From: Octopus sinensis
Taxonomy: Eukaryota
Assembly: GCF_006345805.1 (NCBI RefSeq)
Contig: NW_021834659.1
Span: 1-46,511 of the forward strand
Direction: 5' to 3'
Length of the DNA: 46,511 bases
Shown here: positions 23,250 through 35,760 of the stretch, piece after piece
How the letters are laid out: each line of letters starts with the position of its first letter
Numbering within the stretch: the first letter of the stretch is position 1
Notes under the pieces: generated by a model
Told to the model about the DNA's origin: nothing
What the model saw: only the letters and a program-made list of their open reading frames with translations
Databases searched by the model: none
Program-made: the position numbers and the translations under genes

Positions 23250-25259
23250 TGATGATGATGATGATAAATAAGCTTTAAAGGATCAGAAGAAGAAATTGTG
23301 TATGCAGGTGTTATATATATATATGTGTGTGTGTTGTGTGTGGTGTGTGTGTGTGGTGTGTGTGTGTGTGTATCTTTAAGTGCATGTGTGTGTGTATGTA
23401 TGTGTGAAAGGGATAGAGGGGGTAAGGATCAGGGACCAAATTGTGTAAGCAATCCTGTTTGAGAAAATGAGTTATTGATAAAGATGGGTAGGTCGTTATA
23501 CAGGTAGGCAAGTAGGAAGGTAGACAAGGTACGCATGTAGGTAAGTAGGCAGGTAGGTGCAAATGTAGAAGGTGAGTAGTTTAGGGTTGGATGTGGAGGT
23601 AGGCTTGAGAGTGGGTGGGTGAGGTGAGGGGTAGGCAAGTAAGGAGGGAGATATAGGTAAAGAGGTAGGTATGTGGATTGGGTAGGGCTGACGGAGGGAG
23701 GGTTGGTCTGGCAGTAGGTGAGCAAGTAAGATAGGCAGACTACCTCGTTGGGGCCTGGAGCTAGGTAAGGTAAGCGAAGAGGTAGGAAGGTTGGAAATGC
23801 CTCAAAGTAGGTCATTGGCAAGTAAGGAGGTGGAAAATATACAGTGGGTCAGCCAGGAGGTAAAGAGATATGGCAGAGGGGAGCAGGTAGACAGGTAGAT
23901 AGGTAGACAGATAGGGAGGGTGGGAGGGAGGAAGAGAGGAAGGAAGGTTTTAGAGAAATGCTACCTACTCAAAGATACTTCAAAGACCACCTCAAGCATT
24001 TCTTGGAACTTCTTATTAGTTTACGCATTCTGGAGTAGGGTGCCTAATTAACAACAGCAGAGATTATGATGTTGATGGCGATGATAACGATGATAATGAC
24101 TATGATGAAGATGGAAACAAAGACAATAATGTTGGCAACGATGATAATGATGATAGTTGTGTTGGTGGTAATGATGATGACGATGACCACGACAACGATG
24201 ATGATGGTGATAACTACAAAATCATGATGACGATAGTGGCATAGGTGATGACAATGATGATGATGATGATGATGAAGACAGTAGCGAACAACAAAAACAA
24301 CAACAACAACAACGTGTGTGATGATAACTATTTCCTACCAACAATAAACACCATCTCTCATACCATCCGCCAAGACTGCTGACCACCAGCAATACCACCA
24401 AGACTACAAAAAACTTAAAGCCATGACCAGCAGCACCTGCATTACAGTTATTACAACCAAAGCCTCCACCACCACCACCACCACCACCACCATCATCATC
24501 GTCATCACAACTATTGCCATCAATACCATCACCACCATCATTACATCTTGTTGTCACTAGCACCATTGGTAGTGGAACTATTTGTCTCCAAGACCACTGC
24601 TACCATCAGTTTCACCATTTCTACCAGCCATCATAATTGTTGTCGCCCAAGACTACCACCACCACCACCACAACCACCACAACCACCATCACTAAAACCA
24701 CCACCACCACTACAAATACCATTACTTTTGTTTGTATTGCTGCTAATTACCTCCAAGACCAATACCATCGTCTTACAATTACAAAAACTGCCAGCAGAAC
24801 CATCACCACCATCACCGCCACCACCACAACCACCATCTGCATTGTGACTATTGTCACCAGGATCACTGCCATCACGGCTACAACCCCCCCTCATTACAAC
24901 TGTTGCCAGCAACACCACCACCACCACCACCACAACCACCACCACCACTACCACCATCGACCAATAAGACCACTTCTAACAATAGATCATCGATACCAAA
25001 CTACCTCCCGTGAATGATACTTCAAACAAGGTCACTACTGCAACAGCCACCGCACACCGATGATACGGCCACCACCAGCGCTGCTACTGCCAACACTGTA
25101 CGAGTGCAGCCGACCACAGCCTGCATGCTGGGTGTCATTCAGAGGACAAAAGTCTTTTCTTCTTCTGTGAAATGGATAAGATATTGGGAAACAGCATCTT
25201 GTGTTGGAGAGCATCATTAATGAAAAGAAGAAAAAATATTCTTGATGCTTACATCCTCA

Positions 25260-25679
25260 TTATATGTGCATGTGTGTGTGTGTGTTTGTGTGTGTGTATG
25301 TGTGTGCATATGTGCGTGTGCACACATATATACAAGCACACATGCATTTACTTAGATGACGTGTGTGTGTGTATTTATATATATATCTATATCTCTCTAT
25401 CTATGTATATATATATGTGTGTGTGTGTTTTGTGTGTGTGTGTGTATGTATATATATATGCATGTATGTATGTATTGCTAAGTACACATACTCATATAAA
25501 TACTTAAAACTATTACAAGTACACACACACATATTATATATATATATACATGTTTATACATATATATATGTGCATGTATGTGTGTGTTTGTGTATGTGTG
25601 TGTTTGTGTATGTGTGTGTGTATATGTGCCTGTGCACACATATATACAAGCACACATGCATTTACTTAGGTAACATATA

Positions 25680-25734
<55 letters not shown>

Positions 25735-25810
25735 ATATTGCCAAGTACACATATACTCATATAAATACTTAAAACTGTTACAGATACGCACACATACACA
25801 CACACACACA
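25260..25810. repeat. Older tandem duplication (~260-315 bp) in microsatellite-rich DNA
   Basis: GTGCACACATATATACAAGCACACATGCATTTACTTAG at ~25318 and ~25632; ACTCATATAAATACTTAAAACT at ~25490 and ~25755. Confidence 0.8.
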
Positions 25811-26269
25811 TAATATATATATACATATGTATACATATATAATATATATTTTATATATATTTATTCATATGTGCATTCATCCATGCAAGTATGCATCAAT
25901 GCACATAGCGTGTACATGCAGACAGAACACACACACGCACAACAGAAACATGCATATTTGCACATGCACACGCGCACACATATACATACGCACCCATGCA
26001 CACACATCTACATACACACACACACACAAGCACACACATACAAGCACACACACACACACACACACACACATCCCTGACAACACCTAATTACATGTGTATA
26101 TGCAAATATAAGGGCAATTGTTAGGGACAGGGAGAGAAAGAAAAAAGGCAAGACCCAGAACCCGAACGAATGGAGAGGAAGGAGGAATGGAGAGGGGGGT
26201 TACAGGGGGGGTGGCATGCTGGTGGCGGTTGGGGAAGCAGTGCTGTAGGAGCTTCCAGTCTTCTTCCCT

Positions 26270-26324
<55 letters not shown>

Positions 26325-26655
26325 TGATGATAATAATGATAACAATAACAGGAGTTGCTGCTACAGCTGTTTTGGTAAACAATGGTTTAACATTGTACCA
26401 GCTGTTTGAGATAACATACCTTGATTGCACTGAAGGTGGGTGAAATGTTAAGAGAGAGAGAGAGAGCAAGATGGATAGATAGATATATATATAGAGAGAG
26501 AGGGAGTAGAGAAAGAGATTTGTATAGAATAGGAGTGAAAGTGGGAGGGAGCATATTATAACAGAAGAACAATTGTTGGAAGAGGAGGAGGAAGAGAAGT
26601 GTGGTAGGTGAGATGGATAGGATAGCATAGCTAAGCATATAGCATAGCATTGAGA

Positions 26656-26687
<32 letters not shown>

Positions 26688-26960
26688 GCGAGAGAGAGGA
26701 GAGAGAGTAAGACGGAGAGGAGATATTTATTAATGGAGTTGGTTGAAGGAGTGGGTGGTGGTGGTGGTGTGGTGGTGAAGAATTGAATAGATGGTGGGGG
26801 TAAGGAGGGAGAGCTATAAGAGATGAAAATGGAAAAGAATAGAGGAGGAGGAGAGGGTATGATCTTAGGAGAATAGGGGCAATGATTGGTGGAAGGGGAA
26901 GAAGAGAAGGAGGGGAGCAGAAGTGATGGGGGATTGGAGAGATATTATAGATAGATAGAT

Positions 26961-26996
<36 letters not shown>

Positions 26997-27457
26997 AGGC
27001 ATCATTAAGAGAAAGAGACAGAGAGAGCAAATCAAAGCATGAGAGGGAAAGAGAAAGAGAGAGATAAAAGGAAGAGCAAAAAAAAGAATCACTAAGAGAG
27101 AGAGAGAGGAGAGAGAAAGAGAAAGAAGGGAGTGTGCATGTGTGCTAGGAGGGGGTGAGATGGAATAATTGCATATAAGAGGAGGGGGTGGAAACCGAAA
27201 ACTAAGGGTTAATAGGAGTAGTGGTGGTTGTAATAGTAGTGGTGGTGGTAGTGAGAGCTATAGTTTTAAAGAGGAGCTGTAATTATATTAGAATATACCA
27301 CACTATAATGGATAATTAAGCTTTATATTGAACTATACATATAATGTATAATATCGCAATACATAACATTATAACATGATAGTGCATCATAGAATATGGT
27401 ATTATAATATTATGATATTATGCTATATTATTTTTTAATATTATAATGTATAATATT

Positions 27458-27872
27458 CCATTTTACTATAGGTTCAAGGCCTGAAATTTTGTTGGGGAGG
27501 GGACTAGTCGATTACATTGATTCCAGTATTTCACTGGTACTTATCTTATCGACCCCGAAAGGGTGAAAAGGTAAAGTCGACCTCGGTGGAATTTGAACTC
27601 AGGATAGAAGCGACGAGCGAGATGCCACCGAGCATTTCGTCCAGTGTGCTAACGATTGTTTTCTACCCTAGGCACAATTTGGGGGGAAGGTGGGGGTGGC
27701 AGTCGATTAGAATGATCCCCCAGTATGCAACTGGTACTTAATTTATTGAGCCCGAATGGGTGAAAAGGCAAAGTTGACTTCGGCGGGATTTGAACTCAGT
27801 ACACAGAGATGGACGAAATGCTTAGCAGCATCATTTCGCCCGGTGTGCTAACAACTCTGCCAGCTTGCCACC

Positions 27873-27914
<42 letters not shown>

Positions 27915-28128
27915 GTTTCAAATTTTCCACAAGGGCAATCATTTTTCTGGATGAGGGGATAAGTCAATTACACTAACCCCAGTGTCTCACTGGTACTAAA
28001 TTTATCGTTCCCAAAAGGACGAAAGGCAAAGTCGACCATGGCAGAATTTGAACCCAAAACATGGAGATGGACAAAATACCACTAAGTATTTTGCCCAGCA
28101 TGCTAGGGATTCTGCTAGCACGCTGCCT
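27458..28128 (-). mobile_element. Three head-to-tail family B SINE copies (~27458-27655, 27659-27873, 27912-28128)
   Basis: Each has CTGGTACT...CCC.AA.GG..GAAA.G.AAAGT.GAC...GATTTGAAC/AATTTGAAC...GCTA; copies 2 and 3 abut (TAA)n. Confidence 0.85.
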
Positions 28129-28627
28129 CAATAATAATAATAATAATGATAATGATGATGATGATGACGATGATGATGATAATAGTAAACATATCCAAGC
28201 ACCTACGCCTACAAACACACACATCTCAAACATGTAATTTAATGCCGTGTGTACGTGATCAGCTAACATCACATGATCCCTCTCCCTCTACACACACACA
28301 CATACTCACACATCAGCCCTTCAGTCACAGTAGGAGGGTTAAAGTAGGGCATCTAATATAGATTTATACACACCATACACAAGTGAAGTGTTGTACGGCT
28401 ACGTCGCAGGAAACCGAAAAGGAAAAAGAATTAAATATGGAATATGGACTAAACGTCCCACTTCAGCAATGAGCTTTGTTTACATGACATACATATATAC
28501 ATGCAGATATATGTATATAAATATCAATATATACATGCAGATATCATCATCATCATCATCATCGTTTAACGTCCGTTCTCCATGCTATCAATATATACAT
28601 ACACACACACACATATATATATGCATA

Positions 28628-28827
28628 TATTTCTTGATTGCCCACAATGGGCTAAACACAGAGGAAACAAACAAGGACAGACAAACGGATTAAGTCGATA
28701 ACAGCAACCCCAGTGCGTAACTGGTACTTAATTTATCGACCCCGAAAGGATGAAAGGCAAAGTCGACCTCAGCGGAATTTGAACCCAGAATGTAACAGCA
28801 GACGAAATACGGCTGCCAGTCGCCGCC
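28628..28827 (-). mobile_element. SINE family B
   Basis: GGGCTAAACACAGAGG...CCCAGTGCGTAACTGGTACTTAATTTATCGACCCCGAAAGGATGAAAGGCAAAGTCGACC...GTCGCCGCC. Confidence 0.85.
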
Positions 28828-28884
28828 TTTTATATATGTATATACACACACATATGCACAGTGCACACACACACACACACACTT

Positions 28885-29395
28885 ACAAAAATAGTGCAAC
28901 ACTGATTTTCCTGGCGACTAATGATCCAGTACTTCCTTTAATCCGGACAACTTACAAGAAAGAACTTGAAATTTTCATGGCGCCAGTCTAGTTCACTGCA
29001 TGGGCCACATGTGGCGTTGTGTGTTTCCTGTGCCTAACACGTGTTATTTTACATTGCCTTTGTGAGTGATGATACAAAATTTTCAGAGATCCCCTGCTTC
29101 TTTTTAGCCTAAAGCTCTACCCACCATCTATAGCTACTACAGATATGAGAACTGAGTACGGTAGCGCTGAATGCAAACGCCAATCCATATCAATCCAGGA
29201 CGAAGTAGAGCTGTTGGAAAAAATGTGGACCACGGTGTTTTGGTACATAGTATGAATAGCATAGGAGGTGTTGAACTAGTAGCTTATAGGTATGATGATG
29301 AATTATTATCACCTGAACACGGATGGTCTGCAAAAACGGTAAATCCACGAAGGCTTTGGAACCAAAGATACCAGGAAATTGATTGTGTACCTGTA
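28885..29395 (+). mobile_element. pogo/Tigger-like DNA transposon relic with an N-terminal CENP-B/psq-type HTH fragment
   Basis: From ATG at 29145: MRTEYGSAECKRQSISIQDEVELLEK, then after a frameshift VDHGVLV, resembling the Tigger/Jerky pattern KR..LSI.EK.ELL.KLD.GV.V. Right end GATTGTGTACCTG|TA is a Tigger-like terminus; the left end is degenerate (TTTTCCTGG versus CCAGGAAA). Confidence 0.6.
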
Positions 29396-29448
29396 CACCA
29401 CCCCACCACCACCACACACACACTAGCTTGCTTAACAACTACGTCATT

Positions 29449-29560
29449 TCGGATTAAGTCCCACTGTGTGGCACCTTGGGCAAGTGTCTTCTACTATAGC
29501 CTCGAGCCGACCAAAGCCTTGTGAGTGGATTCGGTAGACAGAAACTGGAAAAAGCCTGTC

Positions 29561-29620
<60 letters not shown>

Positions 29621-29950
29621 GCATGTTTGTGTGTGTGTTTGTCGCCAACATATATATATATATATATATATGTTACGTCACCTATTTTGTAATGTCGTTT
29701 GTAGTAAAAAATAAACTATTTTTGTATTAAAAATGTGTGTGTGTGTGTTTATGTTTGAACACCTCACCCCCAGCCTACTTGAAAACCAGTGTTGGCTTCT
29801 TCACATACCCATGACTTAGTGGTTCATCACCAAGAGACTGATAAAGTACTAGGCTTGCAAAAAAAATGTACTCTGGTTGATTTCTTAAACTAAACCCTTC
29901 AAGATAGGTACTGCAGCATGGCTGTACTCTAACGACTGAAACAAGTGAAA
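29449..29950 (+). mobile_element. SINE family A (5'-truncated) with expanded internal microsatellites
   Basis: AGTCCCACTGTGTGGCACCTTGGGCAAGTGTCTTCTACTATAGCCTCGAGCCGACCAAAGCC...CAGCATGGC...GACTGAAACAAGT. Confidence 0.8.
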
Positions 29951-29989
29951 CACAGATACACACACACACACACACACACACACGTATGC

Positions 29990-30120
29990 AACTGGCTTCT
30001 GGACATCCACAAGGCATTGGTTAATCTGAAGTTATAGAAAAGACAGAAAAACCACACCCAAGGCAAGGCTGAACCAGCAATCCTGCGGTCGCAAAGCAAA
30101 CTTCTTAACCACACACCTGT
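29990..30120 (-). mobile_element. Degenerate family A head
   Basis: CACAAGGCATTGG...CCCAAGGC...CTGAACC...AGCAAACTTCTTAACCACACA. Confidence 0.6.
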
Positions 30121-30710
30121 CTGTGCTTATAAAACCCCAGCACACATATACACATACATACATACATACATACATACATGCATACATATATTATATATAA
30201 ATATACATTCACACACACGTATATGCATAGACATGTGCTCATATATAATACACACACACACACACACACACATACATATATATATGTATGTGTGTGTGTG
30301 TGTGTGTATGAGTACAGTAATTAATAAATTCATGTGATCTTTGTTTTGTTTTTTTTCTTTAATTAATTAAGAACAATCGCAGAATTAGATCTGTATGCCC
30401 TCCCTCCTTAACTCAGAATATAGGTAATCTAGTCGCTTAAATCCATGCGTACTTTGTTTATAATTACTCAGTATCTATCTCAGACTAATTATCACCTGAA
30501 TATGCGAATGTGTGAAAAGGTGTGCGAGTGAGTATGAGTATGTGCGTGCGTGTGTGTGTGTGTGTGTGTGTGTGTTGTGTGTGTGTGTGTGTGTGAGTGT
30601 GAGCAATGTTAGAGCTCTTTCTGGACAGAAGGTGGATTTGCAGTGACTGAAAGTTTAATGGGCTTGACCCTGGTGATTACCGTCTAACGAATACATCAAT
30701 AGTCACATCA

Positions 30711-30746
<36 letters not shown>

Positions 30747-31319
30747 ACACACACATGTGTATGGAGATTAATCGCCATCATATTAACACGATGATTTCCA
30801 TATAAGCCGTTTGCAATAAGAAGGACATCCAGACACTCAAAAACAAACAAAAAAAATATGTAAAAAAAAACAAAAAAAAAACAAACCAAAATTGCCATAT
30901 TTCACAACAAAGAACGGTGCTTTTCTCAGTTGCTCTATTGGTCGAATGACAGAAAACTGCAACAAAATACTGTGGTGTCATAGCAACACATGCCAGTGCG
31001 AACAAACGGACATAATGCAATAATAATCTCGCATGGTTATGATGAAAATGGATATGTTATGTTATTTTAGTTGGCCTGTTGTTGTCCATGATGTTCAAGG
31101 ACATTGCATGAGAGAGGAAGACAGGACATGTTGAGTCCAGCTGTGGCCAAACAGTTTGATGCAAGCTCAGAGGGGTCTGCTGTAGGTTGGGCACAAGAGG
31201 TTTGCTGGGGCTGAAGGCAGATTTTTTGTGCCTCTTCAATCCTTGAAAATAATATGCAGGCATACATACATGTGTACAGTTTGGGGTTTTAGTGTAGATA
31301 CATTATGTCCCTGATTGGG

Positions 31320-31510
31320 CAGCACATTGTGTTCTTGAGCAAAACACTTCATTTTAAGTTGCTCCAGTCCCCCTTTCAATCAGAGATCAACTTTGCCTTT
31401 CATCATTTCGAGTTTGATGAAATGTACCAGTTGAGCACTGGAACCAATGCAATCAATTTACACGTTCCCTTCGAAATTTCAGGCCTTGCGCCTATAGCAG
31501 GAAAGATTAT
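31320..31510 (+). mobile_element. Adjacent or chimeric SINE D and SINE B fragments
   Basis: TTGTGTTCTTGAGCAAAACACTTCATT...GCTCCAGTCC, then TCAACTTTGCCTTTCATCATTTCG...GTACCAGTTGAGCACTGG. Confidence 0.6.
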
Positions 31511-31913
31511 TAATTAATATATAAATATTAGTTGATATGTATCACAAATATATGCTGCCTCCTTTTCTATAAGTCTTTTCTATTGCTACTATAATGGCCT
31601 CTGCTCCTCAGATCTGGCCGGTGTTTTACCTTCTTTATCCAAGTATCCCCAGTGAATTGATCTCTCCACCGCTCTGTCATTATGGTTGCGTCCAACCCTT
31701 TGGTCCTGAACAAACCATACTGTCTAGTCCTTCCAGCTCAGAGCATTGCCCTTCTGAGGTCTTCTCCCTGTTTGTGTTTTTCCTGCAAGTGTTACTATAG
31801 CAGGTGCTATATTTTTAACAAAATATTAACAGTATTGCTCTCAGTAGTCTTGGCGGGGCTGCAAAAATGAAGGGAGCTACTGCTTTCTCTAGCCTCAAAA
31901 AGTAAAGGGCTTA

Positions 31914-31978
<65 letters not shown>

Positions 31979-32296
31979 CACCGGAATAGTCTAGCAGTTA
32001 TAGCAAATTTTTCTCCAAAGTCTTGAGTTATTTTCTCCTTTATATTTGATAAGGAGAATCTTGCCCGAAATATAATAAAGGCATTAAACAATCTTAAGTA
32101 AAGTGATATAATATCTTCTGGCTTTTATTTATTGGCATCACCTTGCATATATTTGTCTTAGTCACCAATGTTTTCTTTTGTTTTATATGAAAAACACAAC
32201 CATATTTAAAACACTTGACCTCATGATTATCCTGTTTACATTTCCTCTTTTTCTAGTTGATCACTCTTTGTTGTATATATACAAACATACATACAA

Positions 32297-32354
<58 letters not shown>

Positions 32355-32669
32355 GTTAAATTAGTGAACAATATATTGACAAACAACACTTACAGACATT
32401 TTATGATATTTTTTTTTCCTTTTTTGTGTAAAATAAATTAGCTTGACCCAACTAATAACTCTTTCCTGACTAAATATATAATTGCTTGGTAGACATAACA
32501 GGTATCCGTGGTTACTGCGAAACAGTTCCAACCAACAGTTATTTTGAAATTTTCACAAAAAAAAAACAATTTCACAAGCTAGAAGATCAATCAAAGTGTA
32601 ATGTTACAGGCAACAATAACATTTATAAGTGGTTTTTGAACATCTTTCTTCAAACATCTGAACTTTCAC

Positions 32670-32716
32670 CCTTGGCTGATGATTGTTGATAAACATGAAA
32701 CCACTAAGGCCCAAGG
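32670..32716 (+). ncRNA. Type I hammerhead ribozyme-like motif, copy 1 (probably degenerate)
   Basis: CCTTGG-CTGATGA-T-TGTT-GATA-AACA-T-GAAA-CC-ACTAA-GG-C-CCAAGG: 6-bp stem I, intact CUGAUGA and GAAA, 4-bp stem II, 2-bp stem III. The U of the NUH cleavage triplet is missing. Confidence 0.65.
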
Positions 32717-33253
32717 AATTGTAATTTAAATAGCTGTCTGTAGTTCCATACATATATGTGTGTGTGTGTGTGGTGTGTGTGTATGTAAGTACATATATAT
32801 AAATACATGCATATATATATACCTTACATATACATTCATACATACCTACATACACACACACAAACATATATATACATGTCTATATATGTACATATCACTA
32901 TCTATCTATCCACACACACATATATATATATATATTGTTAAATTAGTGAACAATATATTGACAAACAACACTTACAGACATTTTATGATATTTTTTTTTT
33001 TTCCTTTTTTGTGTAAAATAAATTAGCTTGACCCAACTAATAACTCTTTCCTGACTAAATATATAATTGCTTGGTAGACATAACAGGTATCCGTGGTTAC
33101 TGCGAAACAGTTCCAACCAACAGTTATTTTGAAATTTTCACAAAAAAAAACAATTTCACAAGCTAGAAGATCAATCAAAGTGTAATGTTACAGGCAACAA
33201 TAACATTTATAAGTGGTTTTTGAACATCTTTCTTCAAACATCTGAACTTTCAC

Positions 33254-33300
33254 CCTTGGCTGATGATTGTTGATAAACATGAAACCACTAAGGCCCAAGG
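33254..33300 (+). ncRNA. Type I hammerhead ribozyme-like motif, copy 2
   Basis: Identical 47-nt sequence in the second duplication unit. Confidence 0.65.
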
Positions 33301-33492
33301 AATTGTAATTTAAATAGCTGTCTGTAGTTCCATACATATATGTGTGTGTGTGTGTGTGTGTGTGTATGTAAGTACATATATATAAATACATGCATATATA
33401 TATACTTACATATACATTCATACATACCTACATACACACACACAAACATATATATACATGTCTATATATGTACATATCACTATCTATCTATC

Positions 33493-33540
<48 letters not shown>

Positions 33541-34067
33541 TACATACACATGTCTTTATGTGTGTGTTTGTATGTGTGTATAGATTGTTATCTCTCTCTC
33601 TCTCTCTCTCTCTCTCCCTATATATATATGGATGTATATGTATGTCTATGTGTGTATGCATATTATATATATATGTGTACATCTGTTTATGGATGTATGT
33701 ATATACAAGTCTATATATACATGTGAGTGTGTGTACATACACACACACACGCACACACACACGTAAACATACACACTCACCTAAACATACACATACAATA
33801 ATCTTCCCAAAAAGCGAGATAATGTTAGAGATGAGTACTATGGTGCATTAATCTGAAGCCATTTCTCGGAAAATGATCTAATCTGGGATCAGCACAAGAA
33901 TAACAAATACAGGCATCATGTGGGATTAACTTTGACCATGAAAACCACAAAATAGAAAAAAAAAAAAAGCAGAAATCTACTCGTTAATCCTCTAATTAAA
34001 GATCAGGTGAACCAGGAAGAAGATGATGTTTAATATACAAATTCACCCCCACCACACACACACACAC

Positions 34068-34325
34068 AAGTGTGTAGCCAGGTGGTTATGGTATTGCACT
34101 CATATTCTGAGAACATGGGTTCAGTTCCTGAAACAGGCAGTGTGTCATGTTCGTGAGCGAAACAACTCATCTCGTGTTGCTTTGCAATCACACCACGCAC
34201 CTGTACAGGTAATGTTGATTTGATAAAAGGAGTGAGGTTATGTGCGCCACAAGTATTTGATCACTATAAGCGAATCATCTGTGCAGATAGTTTAGCAAGA
34301 AATTACTGCACTGTCATTCTTGGAC
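34068..34325 (+). mobile_element. Degenerate family D-type SINE
   Basis: GTGTAGCCAGGTGGTTATGGTATTGCACTC...GGGTTCAGTTCCTG...GTTCGTGAGCGAAACAACT...CGTGTTGCT. Confidence 0.55.
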
Positions 34326-34788
34326 TCAAGACACTACCACCAAACTGAATTATTAAATATCAGCTTAAAAGCTGCACTCTTTGCGATTTTTAAGCTAGCT
34401 CTTGTGGAGGGCAAATCAAGCCTGTGGCCAAAAACTAAGGAGAGCTAAATAGCATGACTATAATACATCTAAAATGGCTATATGCCCCTGTGGTGTTTGA
34501 TCAAAGGTTAAGGACGGATGAGAACTAATTCTGTAGTGCAATCCTTTTGTTGTTCCAGTCCCAAGTTGAATTTCAACTGTTGGCTAATTTGTCCCAAAGT
34601 TCTTATCTCTGCATAAAATTAACAAACCGAATGTCATCTATCTCCCCCTTGATTTCTGGCATCATCTGACAAATGCCAACCAAGATGGCATGAATCAGCC
34701 AAGCTTTACCTGCTAGAAATAGCAACCCAAATCAGATCTTAATGCTGGATGCTCAAGAACCAAATGAAGGGCAGATTTTCAATTCTGC

Positions 34789-34849
<61 letters not shown>

Positions 34850-34869
34850 TAATAATAATAATAATAACA

Positions 34870-35071
34870 ATCCTTTCTACTATAGGCACAAGGCCTTAAA
34901 TTTTGGGTGCAGGGACTAATCAGTTACATCAACCCCAGGGTTTCACTGGTATTTAATTCATCGACCCCTGAAAGGATGAAAGGCAAAGTCAACCTCAGCA
35001 GAATTTGAACTCAGAACGTAGCGACAGGTATTTCGTCCAGTGCACGAACGATTCTGCCAACTCGCCACCTT
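34870..35071 (-). mobile_element. SINE family B between (TAA)n tracts
   Basis: TCGACCCCTGAAAGGATGAAAGGCAAAGTCAACCTCAGCAGAATTTGAACTCAGAACG...CTGCCAACTCGCCACCT. Confidence 0.85.
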
Positions 35072-35087
35072 AATAATAATAATGATG

Positions 35088-35127
<40 letters not shown>

Positions 35128-35133
<6 letters not shown>

Positions 35134-35341
35134 TATTCAGACAAATACATAACAAAAACACCAGGACTTACAAACACATATAACATACAGAAAATTGCAC
35201 TACTAGGCACTGCACACATCCTACGCAGAACACTTTCCATACAATAACCATCAGAGCATCACAACAAATCACAGCACATACCCAAGGCACACAGAGCTGT
35301 GTTCGGTAGTGAAGTGAAAGCACGCTATAAAAATAAAACTA

Positions 35342-35346
<5 letters not shown>
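35128..35346 (+). mobile_element. 5'-truncated R4/Dong-type (restriction-like endonuclease) non-LTR retrotransposon 3' end in (TAA)n
   Basis: 35134-35247 translates YSDKYITKTPGLTNTYNIQKIALLGTAHILRRTLSIQ*, matching the C-terminal QK.ALLGTA.ILR..L motif of this clade. ~100-nt 3' UTR; (TAA)n on both sides. Confidence 0.85.
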
Positions 35347-35376
<30 letters not shown>

Positions 35377-35564
35377 TAATAATAATGGTTTCAAATTTGG
35401 CACAGGACCAGTAATTTCAGGGGATTGGGTAAGTCAATTACATCGAACCCCTAAGGATAATAAATATCTAACTCTATCACGTATGTATTGAGTTCTTTAT
35501 CAGATAATGATTCATTTGGTTTCCAACATATATCTCTATATATGCACAAACAAACACATCTCTC

Positions 35565-35760
35565 TATATGCTTAGCGGTTTCTCATCTGCTGTTACGTTC
35601 TGAGTACAAATTCCGCCAAGGTTGACTTTGACTTTCATCCTTCTGGGGTCGATTAAATAAGTGCCAGTTACGCACTGGGGTCAATGTAATCGACTTAATC
35701 CGTTTGTCCATCTTTGTTTGTCCCCTCTATGTTTAGCCCCCAGTGGGCAATAAAGAAAAT
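35565..35760 (+). mobile_element. SINE family B, 5'-truncated
   Basis: CGTTCTGAGTACAAATTCCGCCAAGGTTGACTTTGACTTTCATCCTTCTGGGGTCGA...GTTTAGCCCCCAGTGGGCAATAAAGAAA. Confidence 0.85.

Larger units (their letters stand above)
32340..33520 (+). repeat. Near-identical direct tandem duplication, period ~582-584 bp
   Basis: GTTAAATTAGTGAACAATATATTGAC at 32355 and 32937. The copies differ almost only in homopolymer and microsatellite lengths; breakpoints fall in (CA)n(TA)n. Confidence 0.95.

Noticed and set aside
31560-31900. Possible very old LINE fragment on the minus strand (AEAIIVAI-like peptide)
   Set aside because: Similarity is limited to a few residues across broken frames; not supportable without a search.
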